A stretch of DNA of 64,000 bases, from positions 117,862,001-117,926,000 of the forward strand of contig OX597818.1 in assembly GCA_951406725.2 (NCBI GenBank), read 5' to 3'. Positions 17,830 through 30,190 of this stretch are shown here, in pieces. The stretch's first letter is position 1, and each line of letters starts with the position of its first letter. A program made the position numbers and the translations under genes. The DNA is from Octopus vulgaris (lineage: Eukaryota). The notes beneath the pieces were generated by a model, which was not told the origin of the DNA, made no database searches, and saw nothing but the letters and a program-made list of their open reading frames with translations.

Positions 17830-18870
17830 CACGCTCATTGATAAATCTACGATAATGACCGAAATAATGTTGGATTTAAAATCATTTCAGTCTTGCCTCA
17901 TATGCTTCATGTTAACAGTTGTATATCTTAATACGTTGCTTTTACTGGCTTATGACTCTAGCTATAATTCATGCAATAAAAACCAAGATTTTGCGTAATG
18001 CAAGGCTATAGGCAACACATTGCAAGTGAAAGGTGTCAATTTTCTCAATATGAAGAAAAGCATATAATTAAAACGTGTTTTTTATACGTTTCGCTAACTG
18101 CAATGAAACATTAAGCGGAATCATATAACTTCGTCTATATAGCAGTACGCACCATACAGTTTTAGATGAATTGACATTAGAGTTTGGCAAGTTATTTGAA
18201 AGAAAACTGCCATATACGTTAAACGCATTATATAAACATATTTGTTTTCTTCCTTATATCATCTCAATGACCCGTATTCAGGTATAACTATCCGTCACAT
18301 TTAGAAAATATTTTCATTAATAAAAAAACGTTTTTATTTCGTGGCAGGAATATTTCTTATATTTGTAATATTGGAAGGATATATAGTGGAGCCAATACAT
18401 TCCTTGTACTTATATTACCGACACGTTCTGTTTATGTACTCAAAAGTTTCAACAGTGTAACTAAATCCTAAAATTATTAAGGTTGGCACGCTATCATTTC
18501 TTCCACTCCACCCTAATGTTAATGATAATGTCTTTACAACACGTTGTAATGCATTTAAAAATGTTGTGACATCTCCACGGTAGTTTTCACATTATCACTG
18601 CTTTTTTTTTAATGCAACAATTTACTAGTGCGAACTGAAAAGAGATCAATAGAACCACGGCATACATGATTCTAAATGTTCTGATGCGACATTGGTGTGA
18701 AATTTTGGATCAAGATCAGCCGTTTCGGATGAGGGTTAAGTTGGTTTTATCGACGTTAGTGTTCAAATAGCACTTATTTTAGAGACTACGAAGTGGATGA
18801 AAGGCCAAGTCGGTGTCAGCCGAATTTGAACTCAGAACATAAAGGCTGCTAAATATTTCGGCAAGCATAT

Positions 18871-20050
18871 GTTAGTTAGTTAGTTAGTTAGTTAGTTAAT
18901 TTTTTGGCTCAAAAGCAAAAAGCAAGGCCATGTAGGGGGACATGGAGTTAAATACAGGGTGGTGTTCATGTAAAGAGTTCAGGCCACTTGAGGTCAAGGG
19001 AGACTTTGAACAAAGCGGTCGTCAGCATCTTCAACATATCGTCTGGCAGCTTGTTCCACGGATCTGCAACCCGGACGGAGAAAGATCCTCTCCTTCGATT
19101 GAGATGAAATCGTCGCAGGTAGACCTTTTCGGAATGACTCCACAGCCGACGCTCTGGAGCAGGAGTGAAGAACAGCTCTTTCGAGAGGTTACACTTTTCG
19201 CTTATGATGTTGTGAGCGAGAATGAGATCACCACGGCGGCGGCGTTTTTCTAGAGGATAAAGGTCGAGCCTCTTCAGCCTTTCTTCATAAGACAAATTCT
19301 TGAGACCGTGAACCATGTGGGTAGCCAGCTTCTGGACTCTTTAGAGATGCTGTATGTCTTCGAGGAGATAAGGAGAAGAGGCTTGAATCCCGTACTCCAA
19401 TATGGGTCTCACCAGCGTGACATAGAGCGGTAGGAATATGGCTGCTGTGAGCATTCCGAATGACCGTCGAATCAAGAACAGAAGTCCGCGTGCTTTGTTG
19501 GCAGCATGGACGCACTGGGCCGAAGGCGAAAAGGAGGAATCCACCAAGATACCCAGGTCCTTTACCTGATCGGTCCTCTCCAACAGCAGACGACCCGGCT
19601 CGAAATCAAGTTGAGTTGCAGGAGGAGAGCCAACAGGCAGATGACAGCACTTTGACACGTTCAGACACAGGTCCCATTCGTTAGACCACCTCCAAATTTG
19701 GTGGAGGCATCGACGAAGATCCTCTATATCACCACGAGGAGCGACCAGTTTGACATCGTCGGCAAATAGAAGGGTGTGTTGCGTGAGGTCGTCGGGCAAG
19801 TCATTTATGAAGACTAAGAACAATAAGGGCCCAAGCACTGAACCTTGAGGCACGCCACTGCTCGCACTGGAGACGTCGGACCGCGAACCATTAACTTGGA
19901 CTTGGAAGGAGCGATCTGAGAGGAAGGCACCAACCCATCGTACAATATCCGGATGGAAACTATATGCTTGAAGCTTGACATGTAATAGGCGGTGGTTTAC
20001 CGAGTCAAAAGCTTTGGCAAAGTCCAATAAAACGATGTCAACAGCATCAC
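18871..20050 (-). mobile_element. CR1-like LINE 3' fragment (RT) with (CTAA)n tail
   Basis: DFAKAFDSVNH, GVPQGSVLGP, LLFADD, RPILEY, YEERL..L.L..LE.RR.RGDLI motifs; stop at 19341. Confidence 0.9.
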
Positions 20051-20067
20051 TATATTATGATGTAGTA

Positions 20068-20220
20068 TCTATTTCTTTACTACCCACAAGGGACTAAACA
20101 TAGAGGGGTAAAAAAGGACAGACAAATGGATTAAGTCGATTACATCGACCCCAGTGCGAAACTGGTACTTTACTTGTCGACCCCGAAAGGATGAAAGGCA
20201 AAGTCGACCTCCGCGGAATT
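20068..20220 (-). mobile_element. SINE family D fragment
   Basis: ccccgaaaggatgaaaggcaaagtcgacc core. Confidence 0.8.
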
Positions 20221-20970
20221 ATGATCTAGTATCATTAGCGTAAATTCATTGCGGAGAAAGCGCAAAGGTTGAAACAGTTGTAGAATCTGAACGTTGATGA
20301 GATTCATAACTCTAAAACTATGCTTCAACGTGTGTATGTCGCTATTTACAAGAAGAAAAAAACCGGCTGCAGGTGGCAATTATGGTTGATAACAACAGTG
20401 AGAATTCTGCAGTGGACTAGACGATTAGTGTATGCTCTCGAAGATGTAGAAATATAAAAGGACTGAAATAAATGGGCCTGGATGGTGAAAATAACAATAT
20501 AGCTTCAGAAAAGCGTAGACTGTTGTAATAGCGATAATTTGCTCAGAAAATTAGCTGTGCCAGGAGTCGGTGACGTAGTTTCGTGATTTCCTAATGGAAT
20601 CAGTTGAATGGTCACATTTTGGATGGATGCATACTGGGACTTTGTCGGTTATGATGAGGACGGTTCCAGTTCATCCAATCAAGGGAACAGCATGATCGTG
20701 GAAGTATCTTGCATGTAAATGAGCACTCCACAGACATGCGTAGGTTTAACGTAGTTCTTAGGGATATTCAGAGGTTACAACGCGCCACTAGGCATCGAAT
20801 GCTCGGCCTTACAATCGTAAGTCGAATATTCTAACCACTTTATCACGTGGATATTAACCAGAATGTTCCTGTTAACTAGCAGCACTATCTCATATTCGTG
20901 AGTAGTATACGAATTTAGTACATACTTGAGTTTTGTTAGAACCAAAATATTTGATGAACTTTTTTGCTTT

Positions 20971-21088
20971 TTTAAAGACTATTCTTAAATTTAAAGACTA
21001 TTCTTGAATTTAAAGACTACACTTAAATTTAAAAATTATTCTTAAATTTAAAGACTATTCTTAAATTTAAAGACTATTCTTTAAATTT
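20971..21088. repeat. 19-bp minisatellite (ttaaagactattcttaaat) x~6
   Basis: Direct reading. Confidence 0.85.
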
Positions 21089-21243
21089 TGACCAGTAGAT
21101 CGGTTGGCGAAAGCCTCTATCCTCCAGCTTGTCGCAAGACATTTTCAATCTATTTATTTGATTTTCTGGCTCAAGAAGTTGATCTGCGAGTAAATGTGCA
21201 ACCTTATTTTCTTTCGCTTAAATAATTAAATATAAGATCAATA

Positions 21244-21280
<37 letters not shown>

Positions 21281-22060
21281 AACATACACACACACACACA
21301 CGCAAACATACACACACACACACACGCAAACATACACACACACACACACATGTACAGAGAACATGTTTATGAAAAGAATTGTATCGTGGAAGAATCTAGC
21401 AAGTGTCCTCGAATGACATGAAAGAAAGCGGTTTCAGATTGCTTTGATCACAGGGATGAAACTTTGCCCTGTTAGAAGATATAAAGTTTTCAAGTTTGCA
21501 TTGAAAAGTGCTCAGAGGAATTGTGTGAAATATTGATATTTACATATCTTAACGTAATAATAATGTTGCATACCATTAACTATACAGACTTTACGTACAA
21601 AATCAGAAGAAAGCAGACGAAAATTTGCTTTAAATACTTACGCATATTTCCAAATGCCTCATGCCTAACGAAGACATAGTACTATGTTTTAAGGAAAAAA
21701 AATATATGCTCACAACTGGAAGATGAACCATGTTGGAGGCAATCGCATAAGCAAGCTACATGAATACTTAATTTATAAAATAGAATTAGAAAATACATCC
21801 TTGCTGTGTATATCAATGACACTTTATCTTTATCACATTTTCCTTTACTAAAATGCCACAAGTCTTCACGAAATCTTTTGTAAGTAGAAGTTCTCTACAG
21901 TGGCTGGGTCTGAAGGACGTCAAATAACTGTAGATGAATGGCTAAATGTGTCCTTGTCTGTGTTTTTCTGAATCTAATTCTGTATGCAATTTCTCTCTCT
22001 CCGCGTAATTATCTGTCTCATTTCCTCCCTCTCTTCATGTGTGTGTTTGTGTGTGCGTGC

Positions 22061-22184
<124 letters not shown>

Positions 22185-22349
22185 GTGCAAATAGCATCTG
22201 CAATTGCTAGACGTAGGAGCTAAAAAATATAATCCTATATAGTCACACAAAATCACCAACCTCACGAGATATTCAAGGACTGCGAGCGGCAAGCCACAGC
22301 ATCTCTCTCCAGCGAGATAAAACTCACAGAATTAAATAATTTGATAAAA

Positions 22350-22403
22350 CCCTAACACGCGATTTCGAAATTTAACCAATATGCTTTCGTTTCTCCTCAG
22401 GGG
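22350..22403 (-). ncRNA. Type-I hammerhead-like motif in a (TA)n-flanked island (22181-22493)
   Basis: Minus strand ccc-CTGAGGA-gaaa(19 nt)tttc-GAAA-tcgcgtg-TTA-ggg; intact core, imperfect helix III with CGCG palindrome. Confidence 0.55.
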
Positions 22404-22490
22404 AGTCTAAAATTTACTCCGGGTTTACTTCCCATTTGCTCACGAGGGAAAAACATTGATCAGCGTGTGCTAATATTCGAAACGTTTTGA

Positions 22491-22556
<66 letters not shown>

Positions 22557-22755
22557 GCAGAATAAAGTAATCTACAGACAAAGATATACACAAAGCAGAG
22601 TATATGCACCCATTGATGTGGTACTTGAAAGCTGGAAGGATTATTTAATACACCATCTTAGTTTGAATTAGAAGTTTCTATACCCTGGTTGTAATATCAG
22701 ATGCGGAAAATACTCCAAAAACAACGAAACATTCACAACTCCGGTATATGCCCAC

Positions 22756-22945
22756 GGGCGTATGGTGTAGTGGTTAAGAATGCGGGCTACTAACCCCAAG
22801 ATTCCGAGTTCGATTCCAAGCGGTGAACTGAACAACAACAACATCAACGACGACGATATTGATGATGATGATGATGATGATAATAATCAATGATGATTAT
22901 GATGATGATAATAATAATAATGATAAAAATAATAATAATAATAAT

Positions 22946-22984
<39 letters not shown>

Positions 22985-23195
22985 TGATAATAATAATAAT
23001 AATAATAGTAATAATAATAACAATAACATCGAAAAATACCTTAGGAATATATGACCCAGATTCGAAATTTTCCGAAGACACCTGAATAAGGCTGGAGGGT
23101 ATATCAGCCGAAACGTTGTGTTAGCTACAAAGAAGATGCGGACAAATATCCATCGAATGTAAATAAAGTAAATAATGTAAATAATAATCTCCAGA
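22756..23195 (+). mobile_element. tRNA-headed element (family H2): Pol III head + (AAT/GAT)n + hammerhead-bearing 3' module
   Basis: A box TGGTGTAGTGG 22763-22773; B box GTTCGATTCC 22808-22817; hammerhead-like motif 23077-23122; 3' module homologous to 43421-43620. Confidence 0.65.
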
Positions 23196-24449
23196 ATAGA
23201 TGTGATCTGTGTTGAAGCGCTACAAGTGAGATGTGAGTGCATGGAAGATCACTTGTCTAATATGTTAAAGAAAAGTATTAAATTTATTATAAACAGAAAC
23301 ACCACCACCACCACCACTAAATGTGTGCCCATTTTTATCCTAAACTTTATATATGAGCAGGGTAACAGGCAAATATACACTCTTCAACCTCCAAAACACT
23401 ACATTAGCAAATTTTTTCATTAGAATCCTCTTTAACAGAATGACAGAATGGCAACCGAAGGAGAGGCTTGAAAGTGTCACTAGCTTTTGAGCTAGCAACC
23501 GCAATGTTGAAACCAGTTTTACATAAATGTACAATATGGAAGGACATAATATATATATTTATATTTTGCTCTCCATCATTTTCAAAATCCTGCTGGAATT
23601 TTCCCTGAACGAAATGAAATACTTAAATAAAAGGTAGATTCTTAGTGGTTCCCTATCCAGTCATATTAGACATAGTACTGAAACGACGCTAAAATGCGTG
23701 GTTGTATGATAAATTGCCAATATAAAATGTCAAATGAGACGCGTACAAAACGGTGCATAAAATGTGGCGTGATATGTAAGATACTATCAAATAACAAGAA
23801 AATATTTACTCTGGAGAATGATTCTAAATCAAAACACATCACATAATCTGCGATTCTCAGAGTATATTACTAAACTGATTAGAAGACGCGAGGAAACGCA
23901 CTTCACTGGTACCTTCGACCTCTATACGTTGAAGAAACATGATCTATATCATGCAATATACCAGCAAGCAACACACAATTAAACTGTACAACTATATTAT
24001 GTTTCTAATCACAACCTACGCATCGGAAAAGGGAGCTCTAAAACGTGAAGATACACGCAGACAAAAACATTTGAATTGTGGTATTTGTGGTTTATACTCA
24101 GGATATCATTTCAAGGCATGCTGGAAATACTTCCTCAAGGAAAAACTTTCACATGACATTCAACATTACCGAGATAATAAGTAGGAAGAGATACAATCGT
24201 TTGACTTCGTGATAAGACGGTTACACCCAACAAATTCGAAACACTTGTATTCGTCCGAGACTTCCCCAAATCCAGGGTATATAGCAGACATCATAGAGTC
24301 GAAGCTCGAAACAGCGGAAGAGAAATCGTACGATGCAAATAGGTGGCGGCTCTCCAGATGTTGGGAGACCACTGTGCACTTAATATTTGGAACACATTCA
24401 CATCCTCATACAATACATACATAGGTTCATCCACTACACCCCATATATG

Positions 24450-24564
24450 GACAAGTGTAATAATCTTCCTTCCAAACTGCATGGCCCTGGGTTCAACTTT
24501 CGGGCCAACTAAAGTCTTGTGAGAAGATTTGGTAGATGGAAAGTGAAAGAAGCCCATCCTTTAT

Positions 24565-24639
<75 letters not shown>

Positions 24640-24888
24640 CCTATCTATACTTATGTGTATATGTGTGCACAAACGTCTTTGTCTTTCTCCTTGTCCCCGC
24701 AACACCACGTGACAACGGTTTTCGGTTTGTCTACGCATCGTTAACTTAACAGCTCGATAAATATGACTGATAGAATAAGTGAAATGCTTTACAAAATATC
24801 CTGAGATTGAATTTGTCGACTTTTCTCCACAAGGTGGCGCCCGACACGGCCGCGGTTCAATGACTGAAACAAGGAACAGATAAAAGAT
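24450..24888 (+). mobile_element. Diverged SINE family A-like copy
   Basis: gatttggtagatggaaagtgaaagaagccc, internal microsatellite, tgactgaaacaagg tail. Confidence 0.7.
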
Positions 24889-25036
24889 CTACACACACAC
24901 ATGGCGAGTATAAGGAATTTTAGCCCAGCTGAAAACCCGTATACTCTTCCTCCTTCTCCTCCTGCTCCTCCTACTACTACTACTACTACTACTATTACAG
25001 CTGTTGTTGCTGTTTCTGCTATCATTCCCGCCACTG

Positions 25037-25085
<49 letters not shown>

Positions 25086-25088
<3 letters not shown>

Positions 25089-27025
25089 TTATAACATTCA
25101 TAGGGCACTCCATGAATACATGGCAAACAGTGCTACAGCTCCAAACAAAAGAGCGACTCATGAAAACCAAAGCCATCCCCATTAGAAGAGGAATATTCCA
25201 GGGAGACACGCTCTCTCCACTCCTTTTCTGCTTGGCACTGTCACCTCTATCTGATATGCTAAATAGAACTGGATGCAGATATAAATGTTACGGCAAAACG
25301 ATCAGCCACCTTTTATATATGGATGACCTACAACTATACGCTGCAAATGACAAACAGCTGGAAACACTATTAAAGATAGTTCATGGATTTACCAAAGAAA
25401 TAGATATGAAATTTGGATTAGAAAAATGCGCCAAAGTAACCCTGAAAAGAGGAAAACTAGCTAAGAGTAGCAACATCACACTAGATAAAACCAATGAAAT
25501 AAAAGAATTAGACCAAAGCCAAACTTACAAATACTTAGGAATTCATGAACTAGATAAGACACAACACACACAAATGAAAGAGAAAATAAAAAAGAAAATT
25601 ATAGACGAGTTAGATCAATACTAAAAACAGAGCTCAATGCTAAAAAGATGATAATAGGTATTAACACTTTAGCTGTCCCAGTTATAAGTTACAGCTACAA
25701 TATCCTTAACTGGACACTAAATGAACTGACCAAAATAGATAGGAAAACAAGAAAGATAATGACAGGATCTAGGATGCATCACCCAAAATCTGACATAGAA
25801 AGACTATATATACAACGTATAGAAGGTGGTAGAGGCCTTATACAGCTGGAAAACTACTATAAAATAACCACCATAGGACTGTAAAAATATCTACTTCAGA
25901 AGGAAGGAAAACTGATCCAAATAGCGGCAAAACACGAGCAAAACAAAAAACTGTTCCCAGTGTTTAAGGAAGCTGACAAATACAAACAAGAAATCATACC
26001 ACCTAATGAAGAAGAAGAAGATGAAGAAGAAGAAGAAGAAGAAGAAGAAGAAGAAGAAGAAGAAGAAGAAGAAGAAGAAGAAGAAGAAGAAGAAACAACA
26101 AAAGCTATAAAACAAATGAAATCCAAACTAAAAATAGAACAGCAACGTATCATGCTAAAACGATGGCAAGAAAAGCCCCTTCATGGTAAATACTGGACTA
26201 AACTAAACGCAAAAGAAATAGACAAAGAAAAATCCCAGCAATGGTTGAGAAGCTCAGGACTTAAAGCAGAGTCAGAGGGATTTTTAACTGCAGCACAAGA
26301 CCAAAGCCTCCCCACCAGAAATTACCAAATACATGTAATGAACAGAAATATAACAAGTAACTGCAGAATATGTGGAGATGGACAAGAAACAACAAATCAT
26401 ATTATCTCTGGCTGCCCAGTCCTGGCTAAGAAGGAATATATTCACAGACATGACAGAGTTGGAACCTATATACACTGGAAGCTATGCCAGCATAATGGAA
26501 TAACAACAGAAAAAAGATGGTATAGGCACACACCAGAAAATGTCACAGAAAACGAGAAAGCAACCATACTCTGGGATATGCCGATACACACAGATAGAGA
26601 AATTAAGGCCAACAGACCAGATATAGTTGTCAGAGATCATGAAGTAAAAAATGCTTTCTAATTGATGTATCAATACCGGCAGATGACAACGTGTTTCTAA
26701 AAGAAATGGAGAAACTTTCAAAATACAAAGACCTGGAAATAGAGGTAACCAGAATGTGGGATCTAAAAACAGAAAAAATTCCTATCATTGTAGGTGCATT
26801 AGGTATGATAAAAAAAATATTCAGACAAATACATAACAAAAACACCAGGACTTACAAACACATATAACATACATAAAATTGCACTACTAGGCACCGCACA
26901 CATCCTACGCAAAACACTTTCAATACAGTAACCATCAGAGCATCACAACCAATCACAGCACATACTCAAGGCACACAGAGCTGCACTCGGTAGTAAAGTG
27001 AAAGCACGCTATAAAAATGAAACTA

Positions 27026-27027
<2 letters not shown>
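25086..27027 (+). mobile_element. 5'-truncated R4/Dong-like LINE (RT + CCHC + restriction-like endonuclease) in (TAA)n
   Basis: RRGIFQGDTLSPLLF, ISHLLYMDDL, GGRGL, CRICG..ETTNHIISGC, ANRPDIVV, IDVSIP, EKLSKY; several frameshifts/stops; (AAT)n on both flanks. Confidence 0.88.
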
Positions 27028-27108
<81 letters not shown>

Positions 27109-27310
27109 TAATAACAATAACAGTAAAGTTACTAATATTTATAGTGGAATACTATGCTACTTCTTCCCTTTTCTTCGTGTGTTAAGTTCCTGCTGGTCTT
27201 AACACTGTAAGCCAGTTTTAATTTCCACTTGAAATAATCTCGCTTCAATTACAACATAATTGTTTGAACTAACGAGAGAAATCTTTCTGCAGTGAATGGA
27301 TCTGGTAGGG

Positions 27311-27362
<52 letters not shown>

Positions 27363-27365
<3 letters not shown>

Positions 27366-27530
27366 CTAAAGGGCCAATCAAACAAGTCCATTTTTTAAAG
27401 GTGTAGCGTTTGTAAGAGTCTGGATTGAATTGATATATCGGTTCCATTCTAGCAAAAACTGTCTGATGAACGGCAACGAGAAACTTAGAGTAACAGATTT
27501 TGTTGAAATTTCTGCTGCTTTAAATAAAGT

Positions 27531-27534
<4 letters not shown>
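27363..27534 (+). mobile_element. Short Penelope-like element (family H3) in (TA)n
   Basis: ~170 bp island between (TA)n tracts containing a hammerhead and ending aaataaag. Confidence 0.65.
27451..27504 (+). ncRNA. Type-I hammerhead ribozyme (best-preserved copy)
   Basis: agcaaaa-a-ctgt-CTGATGA-a-cg(gcaa)cg-a-GAAAC-ttaga-GTA-acag-a-ttttgtt: canonical core, ~11-bp stem I, GNRA-capped stem II, GUA cleavage triplet. Confidence 0.8.
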
Positions 27535-27600
<66 letters not shown>

Positions 27601-27869
27601 TAAAGAAAATAAACATTGTGTACAGTCGTAGATGCTGCTGAAATATATATAAATATCACACCGTAGAGATTAGTTCTTTTAGATAAGAGATGACCTAGGC
27701 CCGATCAAAAGCACCACCAACACAACTACATTCACAAAGTAGAAAATAATATTTTGCCAAGGGCACGATATATCCTTATAAATATTAAGTTATTTAACAA
27801 TATGTCAAATACCTTCTAGTATTCAAACCCTTTCACCGTGTGGTGCTATAATACCACACCTTATCCGCT

Positions 27870-28115
27870 GTCAGAAATTTCGCCGCATAGAAAATTTCGC
27901 CGTATAGAGAATGATAAATCGTATTACATTTGCAATGTTTAAAGCAACAAAGACAAAAAGAATGATAAGATGTTTTGCAAAAGTATTAACTAAGCAAGAC
28001 TTTATTAAACGTCAAACATTGGGGAAAAAAACCCGTGATGACGTCATTTAAAACGAAATTTCTTATAGCGATATTTCTTACGGCTAAAATGTTTACGGCA
28101 AAATTTCCTATAACC
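27870..28115. mobile_element. Foldback/MITE-like relic with inverted subterminal repeats
   Basis: gaaaatttcgccg(c/t)atag repeated at the left end, tacggc(a)aaattt-like repeats at the right end. Confidence 0.5.
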
Positions 28116-28363
28116 ACCCCCGCTCAATACTTTGTCTTCAAGAAGAAATGATATTTCACACTAAATAGATAATGTAAAAGAATATTGGTAGATTGAAGAT
28201 GTGACTCTGCAGCAGTTCTTAATGGAACTTACATTCTTCTCCCACGCTTAGACAATGATACAAATAACTTGATTTCAATTTAACGCGATTTTCAGATCTG
28301 CAGGGGCACTGGCGACAGACATTACAGTATCTACTTAGAACTCGCTCTTGTTTGAATCGGTTA

Positions 28364-28422
28364 TGGTAATTAATTTATCAATATCTGGATTTTTAATCTG
28401 GATATTGATAAATTAATTACCA
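28364..28422. repeat. Perfect 22-bp-arm inverted repeat
   Basis: tggtaattaatttatcaatatc ... gatattgataaattaattacca. Confidence 0.9.
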
Positions 28423-28582
28423 GTCAAACACTGACTCTGGCCTAAGAGATTATTTTCCCACACGTAAAAGTCAATAATCTTTACGGTTTACATATTGCCT
28501 ACTACCGCAACGGATAAAAAGTGAACGTATTTGTGGTAAAAATAAATCCTGGTATAAACAGCAGCTAAAACACAATTTGGTT

Positions 28583-28741
28583 GTGGCTGTGTGGTAAATA
28601 GCTTGCTTACGAACCACATGGTTCCGGGTTCAGTCTCACTGCGTGGCACCTTGGGCAAGTGTCTTCTACTATAGCCTCGAGCCGATTAATGCCTTGTGAG
28701 TGGATTTGGTAGTAGACGTAAACTGAAAGAAGCCCGGTGCA

Positions 28742-28793
<52 letters not shown>

Positions 28794-29014
28794 AGTGTAT
28801 ATGTTTGCGTGTCTGTCTTTGTCCCCCCAACATCGCTTGACAACCGATGCTGGTGTGTTTACGTCCTCGTAACTTAGCGGTTCGGCAAAGGAGACCGATA
28901 GAATAAGTACTAGGCTTACAAGAAATAAGTCCTGGGGTCGATTTGCTCGACTAAAGGCGGTGCTCCAGCATGGCCGCACTCAAATGACTGAAGCAAGTAA
29001 TAGAGTAAAAGAGT
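28583..29014 (+). mobile_element. SINE family A
   Basis: Near full-length homologue. Confidence 0.92.
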
Positions 29015-29499
29015 AATAAACCTAAGCACTCACAGCTGCAAAAACGAGTGATCACAGGCCATATTTGTGGAGGTTTGAGGACAAATGTTAGTCACTTAAC
29101 TAATTCCACTGATTATACATTTCAACTGAACAAAACATAATTTCTTGTATGGATTTTGAAATACAGATTCACCCATTTCACTTAATCTCTCTTCATTGTT
29201 CACCACATTTCCATCTTACATTTCCCATATGAACGTTGATGACGCTATCTAATGCCATCCTTGCGTATTCTTGTAAAACATCTTAATGCGAGTTTGAAAT
29301 TAACATTGGCAAACATGAAAACCAACTGAGATCACGAGGGAGAGTTAATGTGATTTGTTGGCTTGCAAAAATTTGCAAATTAGCAAATATTCCCCTAACG
29401 CTCTTCTTAACTGTCTAAAGAATATTGAAAAATATAATTCTGAATTCGCTGTTATTTTTTAAATGATAGCATTTGTTGCTTGAATAACTTTGATCATAT

Positions 29500-29928
29500 A
29501 AGGCGGCGAGCTGGCAGAAACGTTAGCAAGCCGGGTGAAATGCTTAGCGCTATTTCGTCTGCGTTACGTTGTGAGTTCAAATTCCGCCTAGGTCGACATT
29601 GCCGTTCATCCTTTCGGATCGATTAAATATGTACTAGTTACGTACTGGGGTCCATATAATCAACTTAATCTGTTTGTCTGTCCTTGTTTGTCCTCTCTGT
29701 GTGTAGCCCCTTGTGGGCAGTAAAGAAATAAGAAACGTTTGCGCGCCGGGCGTAATGCATGGCGGGATTTCCTCTGTCTTTACATACTGAGTTCAAATTC
29801 CGACGAGGTCGACTTAACCTTTCATCCTTTCGGGGTCGATAAATTAAGTACCAGTTAAGTACAGGAGTCGATCTAATCGACTGGCCTCCTCGCCAAAATT
29901 TCGGGCCTTGTACCTGGTGTAGAAAAGA
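29500..29928 (+). mobile_element. Dimeric SINE family D
   Basis: ggcggcgagctggcagaaacgttagc head, two core units, degenerate TSD. Confidence 0.88.
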
Positions 29929-29953
29929 ATAACATTAATGATATGTCTCATTA

Positions 29954-30190
29954 GTGGAGGTGCGTCGCTTTGTGGTTAGGATGTCGGAATCATGAACGCA
30001 CGATTGAGGTTTCGATTCCTGGACCGGGCAACGCATTGTGTTCTTGAGCAAAACCCTTCATTTTCACGATGCTCCAGTCCACTCAGCTGGCAAAAATGAG
30101 TAATCGTGCGACGGATCGGCGTCCCGTCCAGGTGGGGAATTTATACATCACTGAAACCGGGGAAGCCTCGCATGACTGAAGAAGAATTCC
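29954..30190 (+). mobile_element. SINE family E
   Basis: Homologous to 62630-62870 and, reversed, 48836-49085. Confidence 0.82.

Noticed and set aside
18871-18898. Telomere-like (TTAG)n
   Set aside because: It is the (CTAA)n 3' tail of the adjacent CR1-like fragment, not TTAGGG
20971-21088. CRISPR-like array (also 57717-57776)
   Set aside because: Head-to-tail 19-bp units with no spacers, in a eukaryotic context
22756-22828. Functional tRNA gene (ACT anticodon) or a TACTAAC branch point
   Set aside because: Acceptor and T stems pair poorly and there is no terminator, so it is a SINE head; TACTAAC is its anticodon loop with no downstream pyrimidine tract
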